Shown here one piece after another: positions 1 to 8,943 of a stretch of 32,000 nt of DNA. The notes under the pieces were generated by a model, which saw nothing but the letters and a program-made list of their open reading frames with translations, searched no databases and was not told where the DNA came from. Location: the NCBI GenBank assembly GCA_025349965.1, contig CP075337.1, forward strand, positions 90,001 through 122,000, read 5' to 3'. Origin of the DNA: Candidatus Saccharimonadota bacterium (GTDB taxonomy: Bacteria; Patescibacteriota; Saccharimonadia; Saccharimonadales; Saccharimonadaceae). How positions within the stretch are numbered: position 1 is the first letter of the stretch; the number at the start of each line of letters is the position of its first letter. Position numbers and translations under genes: made by a program.

Positions 1-9
1 GAAGTTTTA

Positions 10-1038
10 GTGAAGAGCGGCATGCGGCAATTTGTGAGAGCGGCCATTGTAGCAGCTCTTTTTGCTTTCCTAGCCGTGCCCGTTGTGTCCGCTGCCGATT
101 CCAAGACTGCCAATACGCTCAAAGTGTCACCCGTCCGCACTGATATAGAGGTACCTGCAGGTGGCAAGAAGGTAGTGCAAGCGACAGTGACAAATTTGGC
201 GGATGCCCCCGTCAAGGTTACGCCAGTAGCGAATGACTTTATTGCTGGGGATGAGCGTGGTACGCCAGCACTCATTCTTAATCAAGACCAGTATGCACCA
301 ACGCATAGCCTGAAGCGGTTTATGTCACCTCTTTCTTCGGTGACAATTCCCCCAAAGGGCTCAAAAACGATTAATGTAGTCATTACAGTACCAGTAACGG
401 CGCAGGCGGGTGGGTATTTTGGTGCTGTTCGCTTCATGCCTTCAGATCCGGATGAGGGTGGGCAAGTCAATCTTAGTCCGAGTGTTGCGTCGCTTATCCT
501 CTTAAAAGTTCCAGGTGCAATCGTAGAAGATCTCACTGTGACTACCTTTGAAGTACAAAAAGCGGGTGCTGCAGGATTTTACTTCCAAGATCCAAGCGAT
601 CTTCAGGTGCTGGCTCGCTTTGAAAATAAAGGAAATATCCAGACCGCGCCGCTTGGTGTAGTGCAAGTCCGACGCGGCAACGATGTTGTATATGAGACAA
701 ATTTCAATGCCAACACTCCACACGATATGATTTTGCCAGATAGTGCCCGACGTTGGGATGTGCCCCTTAAAGATATGGGCAAGATCGGCTATTACACTGC
801 CGTGGCGACTTTCACGTACGGAGAAAAAAATACTACCGTCACAATAGAGAAATCATTTTTAGTGGCGCCGCTGTGGCTAGTGCTAGTCGTACTGGCTGTG
901 CCTGTTCTGCTTATCGGCGGCGGTATTTTAACGGGTATCCTCGTCGTACGCAAAAAGCGTAAGGGTGGCGGGCGTCGGACTCCAAAACGCTCTCGCGGAA
1001 AAGCTAGTCTTGTACCCAAGAAACGGTTTGGTCGCTAG
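10..1038 (+). CDS. Secreted, C-terminally membrane-anchored cell-surface protein (DUF916/DUF3324-like layout)
   Basis: GTG-initiated ORF at the window edge. It has a signal peptide (AALFAFLAVPVVSA/ADS), a beta-rich Val/Thr body, and a C-terminal TM helix (LWLVLVVLAVPVLLIGGGILTGILVV) followed by a Lys/Arg tail. The family resemblance is from memory and was not searched. Confidence 0.6.
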   Translation: MKSGMRQFVRAAIVAALFAFLAVPVVSAADSKTANTLKVSPVRTDIEVPAGGKKVVQATVTNLADAPVKVTPVANDFIAGDERGTPALILNQDQYAPTHSLKRFMSPLSSVTIPPKGSKTINVVITVPVTAQAGGYFGAVRFMPSDPDEGGQVNLSPSVASLILLKVPGAIVEDLTVTTFEVQKAGAAGFYFQDPSDLQVLARFENKGNIQTAPLGVVQVRRGNDVVYETNFNANTPHDMILPDSARRWDVPLKDMGKIGYYTAVATFTYGEKNTTVTIEKSFLVAPLWLVLVVLAVPVLLIGGGILTGILVVRKKRKGGGRRTPKRSRGKASLVPKKRFGR

Positions 1039-1075
1039 GGGTGACCCACAGGCCTTCTTGAGGTACACTTAAATA

Positions 1076-2269
1076 ATGCAATCTTTTTCTTTTACTATTA
1101 CACACGCACCCGGTGACGCTCGATTTATGCGCACGGGTGTGATTAAGACTCCCCATGGCGAAATTAAGACACCGGCCTTTATCCCAGTTGGCACGCAGGC
1201 GGCCATGAAGGCGTTGACGGTTGATATGATGCACGGCGTTGAGGCGCAGGCGCTTCTTTCAAATGCGTACCATCTCTATATTCAGCCGGGGCACGAACTT
1301 ATTCGCAAAGCGGGAGGTATTCACCGTTTCATGAACTGGAATAAGCCTGTTGTGACTGACTCTGGCGGCTTTCAGGTGCTTTCTCTAGGGAGCGGCTACA
1401 AAAAGACAATCGAGATGACAGCTGCTGTTGCGACGGAAAATACCAAGAAGAGCGCGCGCCACGCTTTTGTTGATGAAGACGGGGTAACATTCAAGTCTCA
1501 CCGTGATGGTTCGCTCCATAAATTCACTCCAGAAGTATCTATGAATATTCAGAATGGTATTGGCGCGGATATTTGTTTCGCCTTTGATGAACTTACCTCG
1601 CTCATAGACCCCTACGACTATCAGGTTGAGGCGTTGGAGCGCACCCGGCGCTGGGCAATTCGTTCACTTGATGAATGGAAACGACTTCGCGAGACCACCG
1701 AAAACTACCAAGCGCTTTTTGGCGTGATTCAAGGCGCGAATTATGAAGATCTTCGCCGCAAGGCCGCTCAGGATATTGGCGCGATGGATTTTGATGGCTT
1801 TGGTATTGGCGGTGCAATTGAAAAGAGTCAGCTCGGACAAATCGTTCGCTGGGTGAATGAAGAACTTCCTGCAAACAAGCCAAAACATCTCCTCGGTATT
1901 AGTGAGCCAAGTGACATTTTTGCAGCCGTAGAGCAGGGGGTTGATACCTTTGACTGCGTAGCGCCAACCCGCGAAGCCCGTAACGGTGCTATTTATACGC
2001 ATGGAGGGCGCTATAGTGTTCGTCGTGCCGAACATAAAGAGGGTTTCATCCCACTTGAAGAGGGATGTGAATGCTATGTCTGTCAGAATTACAGCCGTGC
2101 CTATCTCCATCATCTCTTTAAGGCAAAAGAAATGCTTGCCGCAACGCTTGCTTCGTACCACAATGAATGGTTTACAATTCGCCTTGTTGAGAAGATTCGG
2201 CAAGCAATTGAAAGTGATACGTATGACGCTTTCAAGGCCGAATTTATTGCAAAATACTACGCAAAATAA
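1076..2269 (+). CDS. tgt: Queuine tRNA-ribosyltransferase (tRNA-guanine transglycosylase)
   Basis: 397 aa with Tgt hallmarks TDSGGFQV, AFDE and LLGISEPSD, and the zinc site CECYVCQNYSRAYLHHL. A -10-like TACACT (1064-1069) lies 6 nt upstream of the ATG. Confidence 0.95.
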   Translation: MQSFSFTITHAPGDARFMRTGVIKTPHGEIKTPAFIPVGTQAAMKALTVDMMHGVEAQALLSNAYHLYIQPGHELIRKAGGIHRFMNWNKPVVTDSGGFQVLSLGSGYKKTIEMTAAVATENTKKSARHAFVDEDGVTFKSHRDGSLHKFTPEVSMNIQNGIGADICFAFDELTSLIDPYDYQVEALERTRRWAIRSLDEWKRLRETTENYQALFGVIQGANYEDLRRKAAQDIGAMDFDGFGIGGAIEKSQLGQIVRWVNEELPANKPKHLLGISEPSDIFAAVEQGVDTFDCVAPTREARNGAIYTHGGRYSVRRAEHKEGFIPLEEGCECYVCQNYSRAYLHHLFKAKEMLAATLASYHNEWFTIRLVEKIRQAIESDTYDAFKAEFIAKYYAK

Positions 2270-2379
2270 CCAAAATAGTGTATGTAGTTAAAATTACTAC
2301 GTATTTCTTGTTTATGGTTATTGCAAGGGGTAATGAGCTTCTGTATTATAAGGAAAAGGGCGTTTAATAAACGCAATTC

Positions 2380-2408
2380 TTGACGCATGCAATGTGAATT
2401 GCTATTAT
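2380..2408 (+). promoter_or_regulatory. Sigma70-type promoter (TTGACG-17-TGcTATTAT)
   Basis: TTGACG at 2380-2385, a 17-nt spacer, and an extended -10 TGC-TATTAT ending at 2408. It lies in the 428-bp gap between tgt and the DsbA-like gene. Confidence 0.5.
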
Positions 2409-2491
2409 AGATGATGTGTCCCGTGCCAAAACTAATAATTTAAAGGTCGGAGTGTTCGGGGCTGTACATAGTACAAGGAGTGAACAATCAC

Positions 2492-2584
2492 ATGCCAATA
2501 GCCATCGAATTTGTGTCATCACGACGCAAAAAGATAGCAGTGGATGTGGTGCCTGCCGAATGGCAAGTCTTCATTGCGCACTAG
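2492..2584 (+). CDS. Possible 30-aa small protein (MPIAIEFVSSRRKKIAVDVVPAEWQVFIAH)
   Basis: AAGGAG at 2475-2480 lies 11 nt upstream of the ATG. The ORF is downstream of the 2380 promoter and upstream of the 2652 terminator. It is below the ORF-track size cutoff and no homology was recognised. Confidence 0.3.
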   Translation: MPIAIEFVSSRRKKIAVDVVPAEWQVFIAH

Positions 2585-2651
2585 TTTGCTAGAGGCTACC
2601 ATCTTTCAATACTATAGATGAAACGCCGCGCAATAATCTAAAAAGAAAATT

Positions 2652-2681
2652 AAAAACACCCCAAGGCACCGGGGTGTTTTT
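2652..2681. terminator. Bidirectional rho-independent terminator
   Basis: AAAAACACCCC / loop AAGGCACC / GGGGTGTTTTT. The A-run on the left and T-run on the right allow it to serve both the plus-strand unit and the convergent DsbA-like gene. Confidence 0.75.
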
Positions 2682-2697
2682 CTATTGTCTGCGAACC

Positions 2698-3387
2698 TTA
2701 CTTTAGGAGCGCGTCGATCTCCTTCTTGATAGCATCAAGGTTGCCTTTCGTGATACCATCGGCAGTCTCTTCTGATACCTTCTTGCCGTTTAGCACGAAG
2801 GTAGGAGTTGCGCTGACACTTTCACGCTTGCCAATAGCTTGGTCGAAGTTAATTTTCTTTGCAACTTCGGCGCTTGCAATGTCTTGTTCGAACTTCTTAA
2901 GGTCAAGTCCAAGCGATGATGCATACCCATTAAACGTATTTGTTCGGTCTTTAACACTTGCCGAGCTCCACTCGCTCTGCGCTTGGTAGAGGTGGTGATT
3001 CATTTCCCAATACTTTCCCTGTAGGCCAGCAGCCTCAGCGGTAGCGGCTGCAGCTTTAGCATTTGGGTGAATTGAAGTGAGTGGGAAATTGCGGAAAATA
3101 AAAGCAATTTTGTCGTTATATTCTTCCATGAGTTGCTGAACATATGGCGCAGCGCTTCCACAGCCAGGGCATTGGTAATCTCCGTACTCAATAAGCACCA
3201 CTTTGCTATCAACCTTGCCCGTCACGTGGTCGGCAATGTTGCCATTTTTCTCTGACGCACTGATTGCAACATTTGCATCAATTCCCGACACGTCTAGAGG
3301 CGGATTTGAGATGCGCGCCCATGCAATCAAGCTTCCAAGTCCAACCACAACAGCGGTAATAAAGATAATCCAACCAATTTTTGTCAT
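2698..3387 (-). CDS. Membrane-anchored DsbA-family thiol:disulfide oxidoreductase
   Basis: Thioredoxin-fold CxxC motif (YQCPGCGSAAP) and an N-terminal TM helix (IGWIIFITAVVVGLGSLIAW). The start was moved to ATG 3387 (MTKIGW) because GGAGGG lies 7 nt upstream. The longer ORF to 3453 has no SD. Confidence 0.85.
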   Translation of the reverse strand: MTKIGWIIFITAVVVGLGSLIAWARISNPPLDVSGIDANVAISASEKNGNIADHVTGKVDSKVVLIEYGDYQCPGCGSAAPYVQQLMEEYNDKIAFIFRNFPLTSIHPNAKAAAATAEAAGLQGKYWEMNHHLYQAQSEWSSASVKDRTNTFNGYASSLGLDLKKFEQDIASAEVAKKINFDQAIGKRESVSATPTFVLNGKKVSEETADGITKGNLDAIKKEIDALLK

Positions 3388-3498
3388 TAAAATCCCTCCA
3401 ATAATCGTTTCCATTACTATACCATATATAGTAATTAACCGTTTTAAATCCACTACTTATTGTAACAGAGCAGGTTCATTGTAGGGTACAATGGGGAT

Positions 3499-4506
3499 AT
3501 GTTTATGGTTTTACTTTTTCTCGTGTTTATCCTTGCAGTATTCTTTGGATCGGTCTCTCTCCGACAAGATGACCTAAGCGCCAAGGAGCTTGCTCGGCGC
3601 GCTAAACGCTCACAGGCGTACAAGCTTCGTCTGCGACGTCAAGAGTCGCTAACAAGTCTTATTGTTATGGCTCGTCTCGGCACTTGGATATTTCTTATTC
3701 TCTTCGTGGTATTGTCGACGCTTTGGTTTGGTTGGGTTGGAGGTTTCTTCCTATCACTTCTGGCTGCTGCGCTATATCCTGTTTGCACGCGTATGAAAGT
3801 CGCTTCAACGCTCAGTACAAAACTTTACGTAAAAGTCGAGCCGTATCTTTTGACTGCTGCCGAGAAAGTGCCGTGGCTATGGCGCTTTTTCCATGGACGC
3901 ATTGCTGATACATTTGGATCGGAGCGAGTATTTGCGTCACGCGAGGAGTTGAGCGAGAGCATTGCCGCCTCGACAGGTATTTTGACTGACGATGAACAAC
4001 TTCTTTTGGCTAATAGCTTGTCATTTCGCGATAAGAAAATAAAAGAAGTCATGACGCCGCGCGGTGTAGTGCAGACAGTGAAGAAGGATGAGTTTATCGG
4101 TCCGCTTGTGCTTGACGAGTTGCACAGTCTTGGGCATAGTCGACTTCCGGTGATTGATGGTGATATTGATCACGTTGTGGGCGTGCTTCATCTGCGTTCG
4201 CTTTTATCACTTGATGTGCGAACCTCCGAGTCTGCCGAAAAATTAATGGATCCGCAAATCGTTTATATTCACGAAGACGATTCACTCCAGAAAGCACTTA
4301 CCGGCTTTATTAAAAAACGCCAACACCTTTTTGTGGTCGTAAACAGCCAGCGCGAAACCGTTGGTCTTGTCACGCTTGAGGATGTTATTGAGACGCTCAT
4401 TGGCAAGAAGATTGTAGACGAAGATGACGTGCACGATGATATGCGTGTTGTAGCGGATGAAAAGGGCAGGTCTAACAACAATAGCCCTAATGGGACGTAT
4501 CTTTAG
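3499..4506 (+). CDS. CBS-pair domain membrane protein (CNNM/CorC-like, no C-terminal CorC domain seen)
   Basis: N-terminal TM helices followed by a CBS pair (MTPRGVVQTV...GHSRLPVID...VGVLHLRSLL; ...VVVNSQRETVGLVTLEDVIETLIG). A -10-like TACAAT (3487-3492) lies 6 nt upstream of the ATG. Confidence 0.8.
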   Translation: MFMVLLFLVFILAVFFGSVSLRQDDLSAKELARRAKRSQAYKLRLRRQESLTSLIVMARLGTWIFLILFVVLSTLWFGWVGGFFLSLLAAALYPVCTRMKVASTLSTKLYVKVEPYLLTAAEKVPWLWRFFHGRIADTFGSERVFASREELSESIAASTGILTDDEQLLLANSLSFRDKKIKEVMTPRGVVQTVKKDEFIGPLVLDELHSLGHSRLPVIDGDIDHVVGVLHLRSLLSLDVRTSESAEKLMDPQIVYIHEDDSLQKALTGFIKKRQHLFVVVNSQRETVGLVTLEDVIETLIGKKIVDEDDVHDDMRVVADEKGRSNNNSPNGTYL

Positions 4507-4555
4507 CGCCCACCTCTGGTAAAACATCAGAAAAAGTGTTAAAATACAAAGTAAT

Positions 4556-5869
4556 ATGACACGAGTACTTACGGATTCAATCGCCGCACATGTGGGCGAA
4601 ACAATTACTATTGAAGGTTGGCTACATAAAAAGCGCCTCCTTGGTGGGCTTAACTTTATCACCCTGCGTGACCGCCGCGGTCTTGCACAGAGCCTTATCG
4701 AAGATAAAGATCAAGTAGAAAAACTTCGTGGCATGCAGATTGGAACAGTGTTTGCGTTGACCGGTCTTGTCGTTGCTGACGAGCGTGCGCCGGGTGGTGC
4801 CGAGCTTCACGATGTGCAAGTTGAAGTAATCGTACCAGTAACGGATGAATCTCCAATTGAGATTGATAAGCCGCTTGATCACAAGTCTGAAAATCTCGAT
4901 ACGCTTTTTGAGCACCGTGTTATTGGCCTCCGTAACCTTCAGGAGGCGGCTATCTTCAAGGTGCAGGCTGAGGTAAAAGATGCAGCTCGTACCTTCTTTA
5001 AGGAAAATGACTTCACCGAATTTAACTCACCAAAGCTTCTTCCTGCGGCTACCGAAGGGGGTGCGGAAGTATTCAAGCTTGATTACTTTGGTAAAGAGGC
5101 GACCTTGGCACAGAGTGCCCAATTCTATAAGCAGATTATGGTTGGTGTATTTGAGCGTGCTTATGAGATTAACCCAACCTATCGCGCAGAGCTTTCTGCG
5201 ACCACTCGCCATATGACTGAATTTATGCACATTGATGCGGAGATGGGCTTTGTCACCTTTGACGAACTCCTTGATTTCGTTGATCGCTTTATCCACTCGG
5301 TTACAGCTACTGTTTGGGAGAATCACGAAACGGCACTTAAAAAGTGGAACGCAACACCCGTAAAACTTTCTGAAACACTTCCGCGTTTGTCGCTTGAAGA
5401 AATTCACGAGCTCTACACTAAGGCAACGGGTGAAGATACTCGCGGCGAGAAAGACCTCCGTCCCGATGAAGAGCGTTGGGTGACCGAATATACCAAGAAG
5501 AAGTTTGGTAGCGAGGCGGTATTTGTTGTTGATTGGCCAGTTGAAGAAATGAAATTCTATCACCGCAAGTCGGCGGAGAACCCACAGTTTGCAGAGCGGG
5601 CCGACCTTATTTTCCGTGGCGTAGAAATTGCAACCATCAGTATGCGTGAAAATCGTTACGACGTACTGCTTGAGCAACTTAAAACTATCGCTGGGGGCGA
5701 CCCAGAGGCTGAAGGCTTTAAATATTATCTTCAGGCATTCCGTTACGGACTTCCACCACACGGTGGGTTTGGTATGGGCCTCGAGCGCCTTACGCAGAAG
5801 ATTGTTGGCTTGAAGAATGTTAAAGAAGCGTCACTCTTCCCGCGCGACATTAACCGCTTAGGACCGTAA
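4556..5869 (+). CDS. aspS: Aspartate--tRNA ligase, archaeal/type-2 form (possibly non-discriminating)
   Basis: 437 aa class IIb synthetase with an N-terminal OB fold (ITIEGWLHKKRLLGGLNFITLRD). Motifs present: QSAQFYKQ, YRAELSATTRHMTEFMHIDAEM and GLPPHGGFGMGLERL. The length fits the short archaeal-type AspRS. AsnRS is not fully excluded. Confidence 0.85.
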   Translation: MTRVLTDSIAAHVGETITIEGWLHKKRLLGGLNFITLRDRRGLAQSLIEDKDQVEKLRGMQIGTVFALTGLVVADERAPGGAELHDVQVEVIVPVTDESPIEIDKPLDHKSENLDTLFEHRVIGLRNLQEAAIFKVQAEVKDAARTFFKENDFTEFNSPKLLPAATEGGAEVFKLDYFGKEATLAQSAQFYKQIMVGVFERAYEINPTYRAELSATTRHMTEFMHIDAEMGFVTFDELLDFVDRFIHSVTATVWENHETALKKWNATPVKLSETLPRLSLEEIHELYTKATGEDTRGEKDLRPDEERWVTEYTKKKFGSEAVFVVDWPVEEMKFYHRKSAENPQFAERADLIFRGVEIATISMRENRYDVLLEQLKTIAGGDPEAEGFKYYLQAFRYGLPPHGGFGMGLERLTQKIVGLKNVKEASLFPRDINRLGP

Positions 5870-5872
5870 CCG

Positions 5873-6703
5873 TTGCCGGACGTGCTAACGCAACAGGAAG
5901 TTACTGATTTTCAGGAAGAGGTTTGGCGGCAGGGGCGTGAACTGTATCGACCGATGCCCTGGCGAGAAAACACGAATCCTTATTTTGTCTTGGTAAGCGA
6001 GATTATGCTTCAGCAAACACAAGTAGACAGGGTTGTCCCAAAGTTTGAGGCATTTATTGCGACATTTCCGTCAATTTCGGAACTTGCAGAGGCGCCACTT
6101 TCTAAAGTGCTCGAGCTGTGGAGCGGTCTGGGCTATAACCGTAGGGCGAAGTTCCTTCATGAAGCTGCTAAGAAAATAACCACCGAGTTTAATGGTGTGT
6201 TTCCTGAGACTGAAAAAGAACTCATTTCCCTTCCAGGAGTGGGGGTGAATACCGCCGGGGCAATTTTAGCGTATAGCTTTAATCATCCGTCGATCTTCAT
6301 TGAAACGAATGTGCGCACAGTGTACTTTTATCATTTTTTCCAACATGATAATGATGTAACGGACACAACACTAAAAGAGTATATAGTGGCAACGCTTGAT
6401 GCCGAACATCCACGCGAGTGGTACTGGGCAATCATGGACTATGGAAGCCATCTTAAGCGAAGTGGGGTCGGGGCAAATAACAAGAGCCGTCACTACAAGA
6501 AGCAGACGCCCCTAAAGGGGAGTGTCCGTGAAGTACGCGGTAGTATCTTGAAAGAATTAACAAGGGCCGAGAACCATGCCTTGAGTATCCCGCAACTAGA
6601 GATGCTCTTTCTGGGGGATCCTCGCTTTGTGCTTGCATTCGACGGACTGAAAAAAGATGGCCTTGTTTACATTGAAAAAGACACCATTTACCTTGCTCGG
6701 TAA
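5873..6703 (+). CDS. MutY-like HhH-GPD DNA glycosylase lacking the 4Fe-4S cysteine cluster
   Basis: TTG start 3 nt after the aspS stop. MutY-type motifs are present: SEIMLQQTQVDRV, GLGYNRRAKFL and the HhH LPGVGVNTAGAILAYSF. The protein has no cysteine at all, and a winged-helix-like tail replaces the Cys cluster and NUDIX region. Confidence 0.75.
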   Translation: MPDVLTQQEVTDFQEEVWRQGRELYRPMPWRENTNPYFVLVSEIMLQQTQVDRVVPKFEAFIATFPSISELAEAPLSKVLELWSGLGYNRRAKFLHEAAKKITTEFNGVFPETEKELISLPGVGVNTAGAILAYSFNHPSIFIETNVRTVYFYHFFQHDNDVTDTTLKEYIVATLDAEHPREWYWAIMDYGSHLKRSGVGANNKSRHYKKQTPLKGSVREVRGSILKELTRAENHALSIPQLEMLFLGDPRFVLAFDGLKKDGLVYIEKDTIYLAR

Positions 6704-6722
6704 ATCAGCAAACAGGTATACT
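6693..6722 (+). promoter_or_regulatory. Promoter TTGCTC-18-TATACT positioned for a leaderless transcript
   Basis: The -10 TATACT (6717-6722) is followed by AGATAT and then ATG 6729. The 14-mer TATACTAGATATAT recurs at 27408-27421. Confidence 0.5.
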
Positions 6723-6728
6723 AGATAT

Positions 6729-7277
6729 ATGCATCGGTATTATCGCAGTATTGGAACTATCGCCTTTAGCTTTGTCGCGTTGGCATTGTTTGTGGTTCTT
6801 GGAACTTCGAGCGTACATGCAGCTTCTCCTGAACTCTCGAGTGAGCAGCGTCAACACATTCGGTCTGAATGCACACAGATTAAAGGTTCGCTGAGCCAAC
6901 TTCATGCAAGTGACGCGCTTCTTCGGGTTAACCGCGGGCAAGTATACGAGTCTATGACGAGTAAGCTTATGACTCCATTCAATACACGCCTTAGTACAAG
7001 TGGTCTCGATAATAAAGCTATGACAACTCATACACTTCAGTATCAAAGCGCGCTCGTTGCCTTCCGCAATGACTACATTCTCTACGAGCAAAAAACTTCT
7101 GAGGCGTTGCGGATAGACTGCGGCCAAGAACCAGCACGATTCTATCAGGCGATTCTTGATGCGCGTGACCTGCGCAGTACTGTTCATGATGATGTTCAAA
7201 AGCTCCACAGGATTATTAATGACTACGGTGACGCTGTCGGTGACTTCCTGCTTAACTATAAGAGGCTGGCAAATTAA
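6729..7277 (+). CDS. Secreted hypothetical protein
   Basis: Start moved from 6657 to ATG 6729 (MHRYYRSIGTIAFSFVALALFVVLGTSSVHA/AS signal peptide). The longer form overlaps the MutY-like gene. No family recognised. Confidence 0.6.
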   Translation: MHRYYRSIGTIAFSFVALALFVVLGTSSVHAASPELSSEQRQHIRSECTQIKGSLSQLHASDALLRVNRGQVYESMTSKLMTPFNTRLSTSGLDNKAMTTHTLQYQSALVAFRNDYILYEQKTSEALRIDCGQEPARFYQAILDARDLRSTVHDDVQKLHRIINDYGDAVGDFLLNYKRLAN

Positions 7278-7666
7278 TGGCTACGACAGAAGATACCTCA
7301 CCACTACTACCGCCACGAGTAGAGCCACCGGCGTTCTGGGAACGCCATCGTCTGACGCTCCTTCTTGTGCTCTCTGTTTCAATCGCACTTGTACTGACTA
7401 TCGTAAGTGTTATTTTGTATACCAACTCCGGGGCCGCTCAGCTTGATCTTAGTCGCCCAGGCTACCGTGCCGTAAGTGATAAGGTAGAGCGCAATAGCGA
7501 AATAGATCAGTATTCAAGCATTGGTCCGGTGACGGATAAAACAATCCAAGAATTTATTAAATTATACAAAACCCAAGCAGGGAAGGCTAAGGCTGTTGAT
7601 GCCTTCTCGGGCGATCCGCTCAACCCAGAAGTACTGGTCTTCGGATCTTCTTCCTCTGATAATTAG
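7277..7666 (+). CDS. Single-pass membrane hypothetical protein
   Basis: The ATG overlaps the upstream stop by 1 nt (TAATG), suggesting translational coupling. TM helix LTLLLVLSVSIALVLTIVSVILY. Confidence 0.6.
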   Translation: MATTEDTSPLLPPRVEPPAFWERHRLTLLLVLSVSIALVLTIVSVILYTNSGAAQLDLSRPGYRAVSDKVERNSEIDQYSSIGPVTDKTIQEFIKLYKTQAGKAKAVDAFSGDPLNPEVLVFGSSSSDN

Positions 7667-8943
7667 AGGGTAGGTGCTTTCGCGGCGTAGGCGCGCACCC
7701 AAGCGTCAATTGTTCCTGCGCCCATACAGAGCACGAGGCTGCCATTTTCGCGTGCCGTCGTAATTGCGCTTTCAAGCCCATCGTTCAAGTCACCGAAGTG
7801 GAGAGACCCATCTCTGTGAAGGCGGTTAGTCAGAGTTTCCGGTGAGAGTATCTCTTGTGTGGTATTCTCTCGAGTGAGGTATGTAGGAAGCCAGTAAATT
7901 TCATCGGCGCCTTGGAATACTTCATCGGTGTATTTTTCGCGTACTTCGTGTTGCCGAACGTTTTGGTGTGGCTGGTAGACGAGCGTAACGTGCTCTGAAA
8001 TTTCTCTTGCAAGTTGTAACGTAGCTGCAATTTCTTTGGGGTGATGTCCGTAGTCACTATAAAGGAGTGGTGCGATGAGCTCAAAGCGCCGGTCGGTGCC
8101 TGGAAACGTATTTAGCACTGAGAGCACGGTCGCTTCATCACAAATTTTAAGTCGAGTAAGAAGGGTATGTACAAGTGTAGCGTTACGTCGCGTGTGTGCG
8201 CCCGGAAGATGGAGCGCCTCAAGCGGTAGGACACTATCGGCCTGTAATATTTCAACGGCATTGGAGGCAATCGCCCCGATGTACGCTCGGTCTGACTCCC
8301 ACATATAAGTGTGAGCTGATTGTTGGATGTACTGTAAAAATGCTTGCTTGTAGTTTTCTTCGGTGGGATAGGTGTCTGGATGGTCGTAGTCAATTGACGT
8401 GATGAGTGATACCTCAGGATTGAAATGAAGGAAATTGCGATCAAATTCATCACATTCGTAAATGAAATATTCACTTCCTGGTTCATATGCACCACTCGGC
8501 CCGAAAGTAAGTGTTGTGCCGACGGAATAACTTACCGGTATGCCAAGTTGTTTAAAGGCCCACACTGCCATACCGGTGGTACTTGTCTTCCCGTGCGTAC
8601 CTGCGATTGCAATCATTTTAAGCGAATGCGCCTTAATAAACTCCGCAAGAAACTCGTCACGCTTGCCGGTGCGAATCCCAAGTTCACGCGCCTTTACGAG
8701 TTCAGGGTGGGTGTCTGGAAGAGCGGACGTATACACGAACCAATCGAGTGGCTGTTCTTGATGGCGAGCCTCTAGAAAGCTGCCGTCTTGCCCGATAGAG
8801 ACGGTAATACCTTTTTCTACGAGCTGTGCCGTAACGCGCCCTTCGGCAGCATCAGATCCGGTAACGGTATGTCCGGCGTCATGAGCGATTTCAGCAAGCG
8901 GTCCAATCCCAACTCCGCCAATACCTGAGAAATAAATATTCAT
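7663..8943 (-). CDS. Mur ligase family protein (MurC/Mpl-like UDP-N-acetylmuramate ligase)
   Basis: N-terminal Rossmann motif FSGIGGVGIGPLAEIAHDAGHTVTGSD and P-loop IAGTHGKTSTTGM. The start is placed at ATG 8943 (MNIYFSG) because the 8964 codon is TTG. About 426 aa is short for MurC, so an Mpl-type enzyme is possible. Confidence 0.8.
   Translation of the reverse strand: MNIYFSGIGGVGIGPLAEIAHDAGHTVTGSDAAEGRVTAQLVEKGITVSIGQDGSFLEARHQEQPLDWFVYTSALPDTHPELVKARELGIRTGKRDEFLAEFIKAHSLKMIAIAGTHGKTSTTGMAVWAFKQLGIPVSYSVGTTLTFGPSGAYEPGSEYFIYECDEFDRNFLHFNPEVSLITSIDYDHPDTYPTEENYKQAFLQYIQQSAHTYMWESDRAYIGAIASNAVEILQADSVLPLEALHLPGAHTRRNATLVHTLLTRLKICDEATVLSVLNTFPGTDRRFELIAPLLYSDYGHHPKEIAATLQLAREISEHVTLVYQPHQNVRQHEVREKYTDEVFQGADEIYWLPTYLTRENTTQEILSPETLTNRLHRDGSLHFGDLNDGLESAITTARENGSLVLCMGAGTIDAWVRAYAAKAPTL

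Noticed and set aside
1664-2203. 179-aa minus-strand ORF, plus 1602-1883 and 1986-2291
   Set aside because: These lie entirely inside the well-supported tgt gene on other frames or the other strand. They have no start signals and their composition is not protein-like.
2411-2443. A 10-codon mini-ORF (MMCPVPKLII) directly after the 2380 promoter as a leaderless peptide
   Set aside because: The ATGs begin only 2-5 nt after the -10 hexamer, which is closer than the 6-7 nt seen elsewhere. The ORF is too short to support.
5027-5761. 244-aa minus-strand ORF
   Set aside because: It is antisense to aspS, which has clear class II synthetase motifs. This is a shadow ORF.
6657-6728. A longer start for the secreted protein at 6657
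   Set aside because: It would overlap the MutY-like gene by 47 nt and place 24 residues before the signal peptide. ATG 6729 sits 6 nt after a -10 hexamer.
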